Of a stretch of DNA of 64,000 nucleotides, positions 1 through 8,713 are shown in pieces. The stretch's first letter is position 1. Every line of letters begins with the position of its first letter. The notes below the pieces were generated by a model that had not been told where the DNA came from, searched no databases, and worked only from the letters and a program-made list of their open reading frames with translations. This DNA is from Bifidobacterium breve (GTDB taxonomy: Bacteria > Myxococcota_A > UBA796 > SXON01): the NCBI GenBank assembly GCA_943328795.2, contig CALQBK020000001.1, forward strand, positions 17,200-81,199. Reading direction: 5' to 3'. The position numbers were made by a program, and so were the translations under genes.

Positions 1-2013
1 GTACCGCAAGAGCATGAACAGCAGCACCGCGCCGAGGGCCAGGCCGGACCGCGACACCAGCTCGTCCCGGATGCGCGTTGCCCCGGCCTCGGCGACCCCG
101 GCCGGGTACAGGAACCGCGCCCGCGCGGCGTCCGTGGACGACTCGTCCGGCCTGTTCGACAGCGCGAGGTCCAGCTCCGCGCCAGCGCGGGCCAGCGCCG
201 GCTCGGTCACCCCCACGACGATCGCCGCGACGCGGGCGTTGCCGGTCACGGGGTCCACGTCCAGCGTCCGGGCGAGGATCTCCGCGCCGGGCGTCGTCGC
301 CCAAGTCGACACGTCGGGCGGGGCGACGGCCGCGATGCTCCGCCGCAGTCCCGGCAGGAGCATCGCCGGGTCGAAGCCAGCGCCCTCGGCGACCGCGACG
401 AACCGGGCCTCGATCGCAGGGGCGTCGGCGACGACCGCCGCGCGCTCTGCGCGCTGGCTCGGGGAGGGCAGCAGGTCGAGGGGCGAGTGCAACGTGATGC
501 CGTTGACGTCCCGCAGGGCGGCGACCGCCGGCGCGAGCCTGTCGAGGGCGACGTCGAGCGTCTCACCCTCGGCGACCAGCAGGCCCTGCGTGGTCTCGCC
601 GCCGTAGCGCGTGCGGATCGCGGCCTCCAACGCGGCGGTAGCGGGCAAGCGCGCGTCCATCGAGCGCGGGTCGCCGTCGAAGCGAACGCCGAGCGCGCGG
701 GTGCCCAGGAACGCGAGCAGCAGGACCAGGCCGGCAGCCAGCGGCGCGGGGACCTTCAACGGCACCGGCAGCCACGGAACGCGGTCGCCCGGGCGAGCCA
801 GCGCGGCGAACATCGCGGGCCCAGCCAGCACGATCGTGCAGAAAGCGCCGATCGAGCAGCCGATCCCAATCAGGCCGAGATCGCCGACCGCCTGGTACGC
901 GCTGGTGGCGAGGGCGATGAACGCGACGACGGTCGCCGCCACGGAGATGATGTACGCCGGCATCAGCTCGCGGAGCGCGTGCTCCCCTTGCACGAGGCGC
1001 TCGTCGAACGTCGCCTTCACCCCGTCCCGCACGCCGGCCAGGTACAGGTGGATCCAGTAGTCGACGCCCATCCCGGCGAGCGCGCCGCCGAACGCCAGCG
1101 CGATCCCGTGGATTGGCGAGATCAGCGCCGCTACCGCCGTCGCGAAGATCGACCCCACGAGCAGCGGCGGGAACGTGCCCAGGATCGGGCGGACCGAGCG
1201 GAACGCGAGCAAGAACACCAGCAGTACGCCGACCGTGCCGGCGGTGACCGCCCGGTTGACCTCTGCCTGGATCTGCCCGCTGGCCTCCGCTGCGTAGCGG
1301 TGGGAGCCGACCCAGTCCGCGGGGAGCGGGCTCGTCGCCAAGTCCTCCGCCATGTGTACGATGATCGGGCTCGTCGCCTGCGTGCCCAGCGCGGCGTCAG
1401 CGGCCCGCGCCAAGATCAGCCCGTGCTGCCCGTCGGCGGAGAGCAGGTGCCCGCCCTCGAGGCGTGTGCCGGCCTGCTGAGTACGGGAGAGGGCGGTGGT
1501 GAAGCCGGTCCCGAGCCCCAGCGGGTCGTGCTCGAGCTGCCGCGCCGCGAGCACGCTGGCGGGGCCGAACAGCTGGCTCTTCAGGCGCTCCAGCGCGACG
1601 CGCATGCCCTCGTCTGTGAGCCGGGTGCGCAGCTCGTCCGTCGGCGTGAGCACGACGATCGACGGCTCGGCGGCCGTGGAGAGCCGAATCCCGTCCTGCA
1701 GCCCGTACGCGTAGCGAACGCTCGCGAGGTCCGTCCCTACGCGCGCCTCGAGCTTCGCCCCGAGCGCGTCGATGGCGGCGCCTAGCTCCTGCGGCGTGTG
1801 CCCTTCCCCGTTCACGTCCACGAGGATGGTGTCCAGCAGCGCGAAGCGCCGCACGTCGGCGAACGCTTGGCCGGCCTCGCCGCCCTTGGGCAACGCGTCC
1901 GCGAGGTCGAGTGACACCTTCACGTTCGTCGCGACGGCCGCCAGGACCACGCAAAGCGCGACGAGCAGCACGAGCCGGGCGCGCACGGACCAGGTGAGGG
2001 GGGACAGGTTCAT
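1..2013 (-). CDS. MMPL/RND-superfamily lipid exporter (C-terminus runs off the window start)
   Basis: Not in the ORF track because it is open at the window edge. Manual reverse translation from ATG (cat at 2011-2013) gives MNLSPLTWSVRARLVLLVALCVVLAAVATNV..., then a periplasmic domain, then a TM bundle (VGVLLVFLLAFRSVRPILGTFPPLLVGSIFATAVAALISPIHGIALAFGGALAGMGVDYWIHLY). The frame stays open to position 1. The + strand ORFs here (14..607, 487..1785) are Arg-rich antisense artefacts. Confidence 0.8.
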   Translation of the reverse strand, partial: MNLSPLTWSVRARLVLLVALCVVLAAVATNVKVSLDLADALPKGGEAGQAFADVRRFALLDTILVDVNGEGHTPQELGAAIDALGAKLEARVGTDLASVRYAYGLQDGIRLSTAAEPSIVVLTPTDELRTRLTDEGMRVALERLKSQLFGPASVLAARQLEHDPLGLGTGFTTALSRTQQAGTRLEGGHLLSADGQHGLILARAADAALGTQATSPIIVHMAEDLATSPLPADWVGSHRYAAEASGQIQAEVNRAVTAGTVGVLLVFLLAFRSVRPILGTFPPLLVGSIFATAVAALISPIHGIALAFGGALAGMGVDYWIHLYLAGVRDGVKATFDERLVQGEHALRELMPAYIISVAATVVAFIALATSAYQAVGDLGLIGIGCSIGAFCTIVLAGPAMFAALARPGDRVPWLPVPLKVPAPLAAGLVLLLAFLGTRALGVRFDGDPRSMDARLPATAALEAAIRTRYGGETTQGLLVAEGETLDVALDRLAPAVAALRDVNGITLHSPLDLLPSPSQRAERAAVVADAPAIEARFVAVAEGAGFDPAMLLPGLRRSIAAVAPPDVSTWATTPGAEILARTLDVDPVTGNARVAAIVVGVTEPALARAGAELDLALSNRPDESSTDAARARFLYPAGVAEAGATRIRDELVSRSGLALGAVLLFMLLRY

Positions 2014-2037
2014 CGGCGCGCGGCGGATATCAAGAAT

Positions 2038-2655
2038 CTACTTGAGCACCACGTTGGAGAACGTGATGTCCACCGTGTCCCCGCTCGGCTCGGAGAGCTT
2101 CACAGCTGTCACGCGCCAGGGAGCCGCGGTGAGCGTGAGGTCGATGCTCGCGAGCAGCTTCTTCAGCTGTGCGTCGCGCGGCGTGAGCCGTGCGCCGGCG
2201 TCGCTGTAGGTCACCGTGAAGTCGCGGTCCACGGCGGTCGCGTCGGCCTGCATCCACACCAACAAGCTGGTGGCGAGGCGGTTCGCGTCCGGCACGCTTG
2301 CGAGGTCGATCGTCTCGTTCATTCCGAGCTCCGGGTACGACATCCTGGCGATCGAATTCTTCAACGTAAATGAGCTCTTGGAGGGTGACTCCACGACCCA
2401 GTCGAGCTCTTGCGGACGCGAAAAATGCACCGTGCCGGTGCTGGTGAGCGGCGACTTCAGCACCGCGCGGTGCTGCACCTGCGTGAAGCTCGCTGTCAGC
2501 TCGTGCGTCTTCGCCAGCTCGGTCCACACCGTCGCGTCCACGGCCCACGCGGGGCCCGGGGCGACGCTGGCCGCGGTGGCGAGCAGCGCGATAGCCGCCG
2601 CCTTCGTGACCGACCCTCGCCCCTCGATCCCCGCTCGCGTGCTGCTGCGAATCAT
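2038..2655 (-). CDS. LolA-like outer-membrane lipoprotein carrier family protein (secreted)
   Basis: C-terminal 205 aa of ORF 2038..3246. The internal ATG at 2655 gives the signal peptide MIRSSTRAGIEGRGSVTKAAAIALLATAASVAPGPAWA, followed by a beta-rich LolA-like body (FTQVQHRAVLKSPLTSTGTVHFSRPQELDW...). The longer ORF upstream is antisense to the + strand acyltransferase. Confidence 0.75.
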   Translation of the reverse strand: MIRSSTRAGIEGRGSVTKAAAIALLATAASVAPGPAWAVDATVWTELAKTHELTASFTQVQHRAVLKSPLTSTGTVHFSRPQELDWVVESPSKSSFTLKNSIARMSYPELGMNETIDLASVPDANRLATSLLVWMQADATAVDRDFTVTYSDAGARLTPRDAQLKKLLASIDLTLTAAPWRVTAVKLSEPSGDTVDITFSNVVLK

Positions 2656-2674
2656 TGGCGTTTGGAACCTGTGG

Positions 2675-4009
2675 ATGTTCGGGTTTTTCACGGCGACTCT
2701 CCTGGTGGTGGCGGCGGTGCTCCAGGGGGTGACCCTGCCCTTCGACTCGCAGCGGCGCGTATCCGCTTCGCTCACGCGCTGGTTGTGGGGACGCGCGATG
2801 ATCGGGGCGCACTGGCCGTTTTGGCGGGTGACGACGACAGGGCTGGAGCGGCTGGGCAAGGGCCCGTGGATCCTCGCTGCGAACCACCAGAGCATGCTCG
2901 ATATTCCCCTCGTCACGCGCTTGCCGGTGCCCGTGCGGGTCCTGGCGCGGCCGGGGGTGTTCCGGATGCCGGTGTTCGGCACCATGGCGCGGGTCGGACG
3001 CCACATCAACCTCGACCCGACGTCCCGGGAGACGCTCGAGGAGGCGATGCGGGGCGCGCGCTCCGCGTCCACGGAGGGGGCGAGCGTGCTGGTGTTCCCC
3101 GAGGGCACGCGCGGGGACGGGGACGTGCTGCAGCCGTTCAACCGCGGCGCGTTCGAGCTCGCGATCCAGGCAGGCGCTGACGTCCTCCCCGTCGCGATCT
3201 CGGGGACGCGTGACGCGCTCCCGAAGGGTACGGCGTTCCCAATCAAGGTCTTTTGCCACTTTCACCTGCAGCTGCTGGAGCCGGTGCCGGTCGAGGGGCA
3301 GTCGCGGCGGAAGGTCGCGACCCGGGTACGGGAGCGGATCGAGGCGGCGCTGGCGGGCCCCCGGCCGTGGGAGGTCTGCGCGGCCGTGAAGTCGGCCTAC
3401 CTGCCGCTCGGGAGGGGGCGCGCGGGTTGGGCGTACGGCAAGACGTCTTTTGACCCGGTGTTCTGGGCGTTGCACGAGCGGCTGCCGGTGCAGGGGCGGT
3501 GGTTGGACGTCGGGTGCGGGGAAGGCCTACTCGCGGTGTACGTGCGGGCGGCCGGCCACCAGCTCCAGGCCTCGGGGCTGGACCCGGACGCCGCGCGCGT
3601 CGGCCAGGCGACGACCCTGCTGGGGGCTGGGTTCTCGGTGGGCGATGCGCGCACTGCCGACCTCGGCGCTGGCTGGGACGTGATCACCTGCATCGACGTG
3701 CTGCACTACCTCTCCGCAGAGGAGCAGCGGCTCGTGCTCACCCGGTTCGTCGACGCGCTCGCGCCGGGGGGGCTCTTGCTGCTCCGGGACCCGGACCCGT
3801 CGCGCGGCTTGGCGGGCGCGCTGACCGTGCGGGCAGAGCAAGCCCTGGTGGCCGGCGGCCGGCACGTCGGCGACGGGGTCTCTGCGCAGGGGGCGGCTGG
3901 CTTGGCATCGCTGCTGCGCGAGCAGTTGGACGGGCTGAAGGCGGAAGACTGCTCGGCCGGCACCCCGTTCGCGAACGTGCTCATCTCCGGTCGGAAGCCG
4001 GCGGGATAG
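2675..4009 (+). CDS. Fusion protein: lysophospholipid (PlsC-type) acyltransferase plus class I SAM-dependent methyltransferase
   Basis: The ATG at 2675 precedes an N-terminal TM segment (MFGFFTATLLVVAAVLQ). Acyltransferase motifs NHQSMLD (HX4D) and FPEGTRG are present. The C-terminal half carries SAM motif I (LDVGCGEGLL) and DVITCIDVLHYL. Confidence 0.85.
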   Translation: MFGFFTATLLVVAAVLQGVTLPFDSQRRVSASLTRWLWGRAMIGAHWPFWRVTTTGLERLGKGPWILAANHQSMLDIPLVTRLPVPVRVLARPGVFRMPVFGTMARVGRHINLDPTSRETLEEAMRGARSASTEGASVLVFPEGTRGDGDVLQPFNRGAFELAIQAGADVLPVAISGTRDALPKGTAFPIKVFCHFHLQLLEPVPVEGQSRRKVATRVRERIEAALAGPRPWEVCAAVKSAYLPLGRGRAGWAYGKTSFDPVFWALHERLPVQGRWLDVGCGEGLLAVYVRAAGHQLQASGLDPDAARVGQATTLLGAGFSVGDARTADLGAGWDVITCIDVLHYLSAEEQRLVLTRFVDALAPGGLLLLRDPDPSRGLAGALTVRAEQALVAGGRHVGDGVSAQGAAGLASLLREQLDGLKAEDCSAGTPFANVLISGRKPAG

Positions 4010-4020
4010 GCCCCGACCCG

Positions 4021-5349
4021 ATGCACGTGCCTGTACATCTCGCCGCGATGGGCTGCTTGACCGCGCTCGGGGATCTCGACGGTACGATGTCTGGCCTTCG
4101 ACGCGGCGTGGTGCCGTTCGGCCCTGGCCCCGCGTGGGCGCCGGCGGACCTCCCGGTCGCCCTGGTGCACGGGGACCTCGACCCCCTCGACCGGCACCGC
4201 ACCTTCGCGCTGGCCAAGCAGGTGCTGGTGCTGGCCCGCCAGCAGGGCCTCGACCTCGACCCCGAGGGCCTCGCCGTCGTGTTCGCGACGACGACCTCTG
4301 CGATGCTCGCCGGCGAGGCCGCCATCGAGGAGCGGGTCTCGGGTCGACCCGTCACGGTCCCGGTGGACCTGCTCGTGTCGCACCTCGCACACCAGCCCGC
4401 CGAGTCGGTTGGAGAGTGGCTGGGGGCGCGAGGTCCCCGGCTCGTCGTGTCGACGGCGTGCACGTCGGGCACGGTGGCGTTCGGCATCGCTGCAGACTTG
4501 CTGCGCGCCGGCCGCTGCCGCCGCGCGCTCGTGGTGGGCGCGGACGCGCTGTGCCGGACCACCGTGTACGGCTTCCGCTCGCTCGGTGCGCACACCCGCA
4601 CCGCCTGCCGCCCGTTCGACGTCGAGCGCGACGGGATGGCCATCGGCGAGGGTGCCGCCTTCGCGCTCTTGGAGCTCGGGGAGGGGGCCCTGGAGCTCGT
4701 CGGGGTCGCGTCCCGGACGGACGCCCACCACCTGACGGCCCCGGAGCCGGGCGGCGGGGGCCTGGTGCGAGCGATCCGGGCGGCTGTCGGGGGTGCAGAC
4801 GCCGACGCGATCGACCACGTCAACGCCCACGCGACGGGCACGCCGACCAACGACGGGGTCGAGGCGGCTGCGCTGCGCGTGGCGGCGCCCTCCGCGTGGG
4901 TGTCCGCGACGAAGGGGGCCACGGGCCACACGCTCGGCGCCGCCGGGGTGGTCGAGGCCGTCTTGCTGGCGGAGTCGATGCGCCGCGGGGTGATCCCGCC
5001 CTCGACGGGCTGCCGCGCGGCTGTCGACGGCGTAGCTGTCGCCCTGGCGGAGCGCACCCGGGTGCAGCGGCTGGGCGTCTCTGTCAACTTGGCGTTTGGT
5101 GGTCACAACGCCGCGCTCGCGCTGCGGTACCGGGGGGCCAGCCCGGGCGCTGAGTACACAAACGAGCTCCAACATCCTGAAATCGCGCGAACCGAGACGC
5201 TCGCTGGCCCCCACCTGCGCCGTTCCCCGCAGGGTCTGGCGGAGCCGACGTCTTCGGCGGTTTCGCCAGACCGTGCCTTGGAACGGCGCAAAGTAATCGC
5301 CGATGCCGAGGCGAGGTGTGCCGAGCGTCGGCATCGGCGGGCCGGGTGA
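4021..5349 (+). CDS. Beta-ketoacyl-ACP synthase (KAS II / FabF-like)
   Basis: The ATG at 4021 gives MHVPVHLAAMGCLTALG. The Cys-His-His triad contexts VSTACTSG, NAHATGT and GHTLGAAG are present. The conserved core ends near GGHNAALAL (about 5125); the last ~70 aa have lower GC3. Confidence 0.85.
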   Translation: MHVPVHLAAMGCLTALGDLDGTMSGLRRGVVPFGPGPAWAPADLPVALVHGDLDPLDRHRTFALAKQVLVLARQQGLDLDPEGLAVVFATTTSAMLAGEAAIEERVSGRPVTVPVDLLVSHLAHQPAESVGEWLGARGPRLVVSTACTSGTVAFGIAADLLRAGRCRRALVVGADALCRTTVYGFRSLGAHTRTACRPFDVERDGMAIGEGAAFALLELGEGALELVGVASRTDAHHLTAPEPGGGGLVRAIRAAVGGADADAIDHVNAHATGTPTNDGVEAAALRVAAPSAWVSATKGATGHTLGAAGVVEAVLLAESMRRGVIPPSTGCRAAVDGVAVALAERTRVQRLGVSVNLAFGGHNAALALRYRGASPGAEYTNELQHPEIARTETLAGPHLRRSPQGLAEPTSSAVSPDRALERRKVIADAEARCAERRHRRAG

Positions 5350-6101
5350 AGGCGGCTGTGCTCGCTCACCACGCGCTCGGCTGGCCGCTCTCGGCGGTCC
5401 AGGACGTGGTGCGGCCGCCGACGGTCGAGGCCGGCGCCTGGCGCCGCTTCTCCCGCGTCGCGCGGCTCTCCGCGGCCGCGGTCGCGCCGGTGATCGCCGC
5501 CGCCCCGGCCGCCTGCGAAGCCGTAGGCGTCGTGTTCGATCGCGACGAGGTGCCGTTGTTCTTCGGCACCGGGCTCGGCGAATACAGCTCCTCGTACGGG
5601 TTCTTGAAGTCGCTGGTCGAGAAGGGCCCGGCGATGGCGAGCCCCCTCCTCTTCCAGAACAGCGTGCACAACGCCGCTGCGGGCCACGTGTCGATCGCGT
5701 TCGGCCTGCGGGGCCCGTCCGAGACGATCTGCGCCGGTGCGCTCACGACGCTCCGCACGTTCGAGCGCGCGCTGTGCTGGCTCGCGGCCAACGGGGGCTG
5801 CGCGCTGGTCGTGTTGGCCGACGACGTGAACGCGGACAGCGCGGAGGGCTGGCGCCTCGGTGGGGTCCTTGGCCAGGTCGGCGAGGGCGGCGCCGCGTTC
5901 TTGCTCGCCGCCGTGCCCGCACGCGCGGCGATCGAGCTCTGCGCCGATGCCGCCGGGCGCCACGCCGAGCCCGGGTCCCGCGGCGCGGCCGACTTCGGGG
6001 CGTTCTGCACGGCAGACGCACACGGTATCGACGCGGCGCTGGAGCGTGGCGTGGAAGCCGCGTTCGACTACCCGGGTTGTGTCCTCCGGGTCCACGGCTG
6101 A
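5346..6101 (+). CDS. Beta-ketoacyl synthase N-terminal-like protein (chain-length-factor-like KS partner)
   Basis: The GTG at 5346 overlaps the KS stop (GTGA); an alternative GTG lies at 5316. The 251-aa product resembles only the N-terminal half of a KS (LFQNSVHNAAAGHVSIAFGLRGPSETICAG). This is the typical partner of the KS in aryl-polyene-type clusters. Confidence 0.7.
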   Translation: MKAAVLAHHALGWPLSAVQDVVRPPTVEAGAWRRFSRVARLSAAAVAPVIAAAPAACEAVGVVFDRDEVPLFFGTGLGEYSSSYGFLKSLVEKGPAMASPLLFQNSVHNAAAGHVSIAFGLRGPSETICAGALTTLRTFERALCWLAANGGCALVVLADDVNADSAEGWRLGGVLGQVGEGGAAFLLAAVPARAAIELCADAAGRHAEPGSRGAADFGAFCTADAHGIDAALERGVEAAFDYPGCVLRVHG

Positions 6102-8713
6102 TGCTGCTCCTGCTCTTGCTCACCCCCGCGCACGCGGCGACCAACCCGGCGCCGATGGCGTCCGTGCAGCCGGTCTACCCGGCCGAAGCGCTGCACGACC
6201 ACGTCGGCGGCACGGTGATCTTGCGCATCTCGGTCGACGCGACCGGCGCGGTCAGCGACGCGCAGGTGCTGCAGGGCGTACGCGAGGACGTGGACGCCGC
6301 CGCCGTCGCCGCGGCACGCACGATGCGGTTCACGCCCGCGACGGACGACCTCGGCGCGGCCGTCTTCGGCACGGTCGACTACGCGTTCTCGTTCGCGCTC
6401 AACGTGTCGGACGAGCAGGGCAACGCCGTGCCCGGCACGCTCCAGGTGCACTTCGAGGACGTCGACGGGCTCGACATCCCCGGCGTACGCTTCACGCTGC
6501 AGCCGCGCGACGGCGGGGCGGCGCGCACCTTCACTGGGTCGGACGGCGGCTTCGTGAACGCCCCGTTCCTGGAGCCCGGCACCTACGACTTCGTCTGCGA
6601 CCACGACGGGTTCAGCAGCGCCGCCGGGGAGGTCGAGGTCAATGCCGGCGAGACTCGCTCGACCACGATCAAGCTCACGCCCGCCGGGCCGGCCCGCGAG
6701 GTGGTCGTCATCGGGCTGCGACAGCGCTGGCGCGAGGTCAACCGGGCAGCGCGTGTAGCGGACCCGTCGCCCGAGACAGGCGTGTACGAGCTCACCCGCC
6801 GCGACGTAGAGAGCACGCCGGGCGCGCTCGAGGACGTGACGCGCGCCGTGCACAAGCTCCCGGGCGTAGCGAGCGACAGCGACCTGCTCGGCACGTTCGC
6901 CGTCCGCGGCATGAAGTCGGACGACGTCGTGTTCATGCTGGACCGGGTGCCGCTGGACAACCCGTTCCACCTGGCCGGCTTCAACTCGATCTTCAACCCG
7001 GACATGATCGAGAAGGTCGACTTCTACGCGGGCGCGCCGCCGTCCCGCGTGCCGGACAGCACCAGCGCGGTGATGAGCGTGCAGAGTTGGGACGGCGCGC
7101 CGCGCGACGATCGGCACGACCTGGACGGCGCGATCGACGTCTCGATGAGCACGGCGCGCGGCTTCGTGATGGGCCCGATCGGCAAGTCCGACAACCTGAC
7201 GTTCGCCGTAGCCGCCCGCCGCAGCTACCTCGAAGCCTACTTCGGAGCGATGAAAGCGCTCAACTTGCTCGACACGGCGATCGCGGCGCCCGAGTACGAC
7301 GAGCTCTCGGCCCGCCTCGCGTGGCGCCTGGGCAAGCAGCGCCTGTTGCTCACCGGCATGCGCACGAGCGATCACCTCGCGCTGCTCGACTCCGGGGATG
7401 ACAGCACGATCACCGTCGGCGGCACGTTCAAGCTCGACGACGTCGTTTACCTGGCGTCCCTCGATCACCGCGCGGAGATCGGCACCTCCGTGCTGCAGAC
7501 CACCGTGGCGTACACCACCGACGCCAGCGTGGTGGACAAGGACATCGCCGGCTCGGTCCACCGCACCACCACGCGCGACCAGGTCTACGCGCGCACCGAT
7601 CTCACGGCAGCGCCGTGGAAGGTCATGGACCTGCGCTTCGGCGCCAGCGCCCAGGCCCGCCACTACACGTTCGACGGCCCCATCCAGGACACGCGCGCTA
7701 CGCCCACTTGGTCCGCCCTCCCGCTCGCCGACCGCGGCCTCTCGCTGATCGACCTCGACGGCGGGAGCGCCCAGACGCAGCTCTCCGGGTACGGCGAGGC
7801 CGAGACCAAGCTGCTCTACGGCGACGGGCAGTTTGGGGTCCGCGACCGCGTCGGCGTGCGCGTCACCGACGTGCTCCGCACCGGGGAGGTGCTGGTCTCC
7901 CCGTCGGCGGGCATCTCCGTACCGCTGCCGTCGGGCACGATCCCGAAGGTCACTGTCGGGCTCTACCACCACGTGATCGAAGACCCGCTGGTGATCAGCG
8001 CAGAGTACGGGAACCCGGACATCCGCGCCGAGCGCAGCGCGCAGATCGTCGCTGGGTTCGACCAGGCGCTCCCGACGTTCCCGGGGTGGAAGGGCGGGCT
8101 CATCCGGGTCGAGGGGTACTACGCGGAGCTCTCGAACCTCGTCGTGAACCCGGACACCGAGGCCGCGGTGGCGGACGGCCTGACCTACACGAACGAGGGC
8201 TCTGGGCGGAACTTCGGGGTTGACGCGATGATCGCGACGTCCTCGGACCGGGTGAACCTGGTGCTGAACGGCGGCTTCCTGGACGCACGCGTACACAACC
8301 CGATGAACGAGGTCTTCCCCCAGGACTACGTGCCCGGGCAAGCGCAGACGTGGACGCTCGGTGCCAGCGCCGAGTTCCAGGCGTCCCCGCGGTGGCGCTT
8401 CACGACGCGCTACGACTACCACTCGGGCCGCCCGATGTCGGAGGTGGCCATCGCCAGCGACTCGACGGTGCAGCAGGTCAGCCTCAACAGCGACCGGCTG
8501 TCGGACTTCCACCAGCTCGACCTCCGCGCCGAGTGGCGCAATGCGCTGCCGAAGTTGCGGCTCTCGGTGTACCTTGAGGTGCTGAGCGTCGCGTACGTGG
8601 CGTGGCAGAGCGACTTCTTGCCCATCGTCACGGTGGAGGACGGCGTGCGGACCGACTCGATGTTCTACCACCTGCCCACCCGGCCTTTCCTCGGGATCCG
8701 GGGGGAGTTCTGA
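6101..8713 (+). CDS. Outer-membrane TonB-dependent-receptor-like protein with N-terminal TonB_C and carboxypeptidase-regulatory-like domains
   Basis: The ATG at 6101 overlaps the upstream stop (TGATG). Signal peptide is MLLLLLLTPAHA. A TonB C-terminal-like segment follows (VQPVYPAEALHDHVGGTVILRISVDATGAVSDAQVL...MRFTPA), then a CarboxypepD_reg-like beta-sandwich. A plug-like region follows (TPGALEDVTRAVHKLPGVASDSDLLGTFAVRGMKSDDVVFMLDRVPLDNPFH). A long beta-rich barrel ends in a terminal Phe (...LGIRGEF). Confidence 0.8.
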   Translation: MLLLLLLTPAHAATNPAPMASVQPVYPAEALHDHVGGTVILRISVDATGAVSDAQVLQGVREDVDAAAVAAARTMRFTPATDDLGAAVFGTVDYAFSFALNVSDEQGNAVPGTLQVHFEDVDGLDIPGVRFTLQPRDGGAARTFTGSDGGFVNAPFLEPGTYDFVCDHDGFSSAAGEVEVNAGETRSTTIKLTPAGPAREVVVIGLRQRWREVNRAARVADPSPETGVYELTRRDVESTPGALEDVTRAVHKLPGVASDSDLLGTFAVRGMKSDDVVFMLDRVPLDNPFHLAGFNSIFNPDMIEKVDFYAGAPPSRVPDSTSAVMSVQSWDGAPRDDRHDLDGAIDVSMSTARGFVMGPIGKSDNLTFAVAARRSYLEAYFGAMKALNLLDTAIAAPEYDELSARLAWRLGKQRLLLTGMRTSDHLALLDSGDDSTITVGGTFKLDDVVYLASLDHRAEIGTSVLQTTVAYTTDASVVDKDIAGSVHRTTTRDQVYARTDLTAAPWKVMDLRFGASAQARHYTFDGPIQDTRATPTWSALPLADRGLSLIDLDGGSAQTQLSGYGEAETKLLYGDGQFGVRDRVGVRVTDVLRTGEVLVSPSAGISVPLPSGTIPKVTVGLYHHVIEDPLVISAEYGNPDIRAERSAQIVAGFDQALPTFPGWKGGLIRVEGYYAELSNLVVNPDTEAAVADGLTYTNEGSGRNFGVDAMIATSSDRVNLVLNGGFLDARVHNPMNEVFPQDYVPGQAQTWTLGASAEFQASPRWRFTTRYDYHSGRPMSEVAIASDSTVQQVSLNSDRLSDFHQLDLRAEWRNALPKLRLSVYLEVLSVAYVAWQSDFLPIVTVEDGVRTDSMFYHLPTRPFLGIRGEF

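Noticed and set aside
5303-6100. N-terminal extensions of track ORFs (for example 5303..8713, 44406..46526, 51439..53931, 17748..20939, 12301..13635, 28125..30101, 49155..51455)
   Set aside because: The frames simply remain open upstream because stops are rare at this GC content. Internal starts give proper signal peptides or lipoboxes, RBS spacing, or 4-nt coupling overlaps. The extensions overlap neighbouring real genes.
487-8671. Long ORFs 487..1785 +, 2030..3475 -, 3706..5334 -, 5103..6095 - and 6068..8671 -
   Set aside because: Each is antisense or out of frame relative to a motif-bearing gene (MMPL, acyltransferase, KS, KS-like, TBDR). Each shows Arg/His/Pro-rich composition and no recognisable domains.
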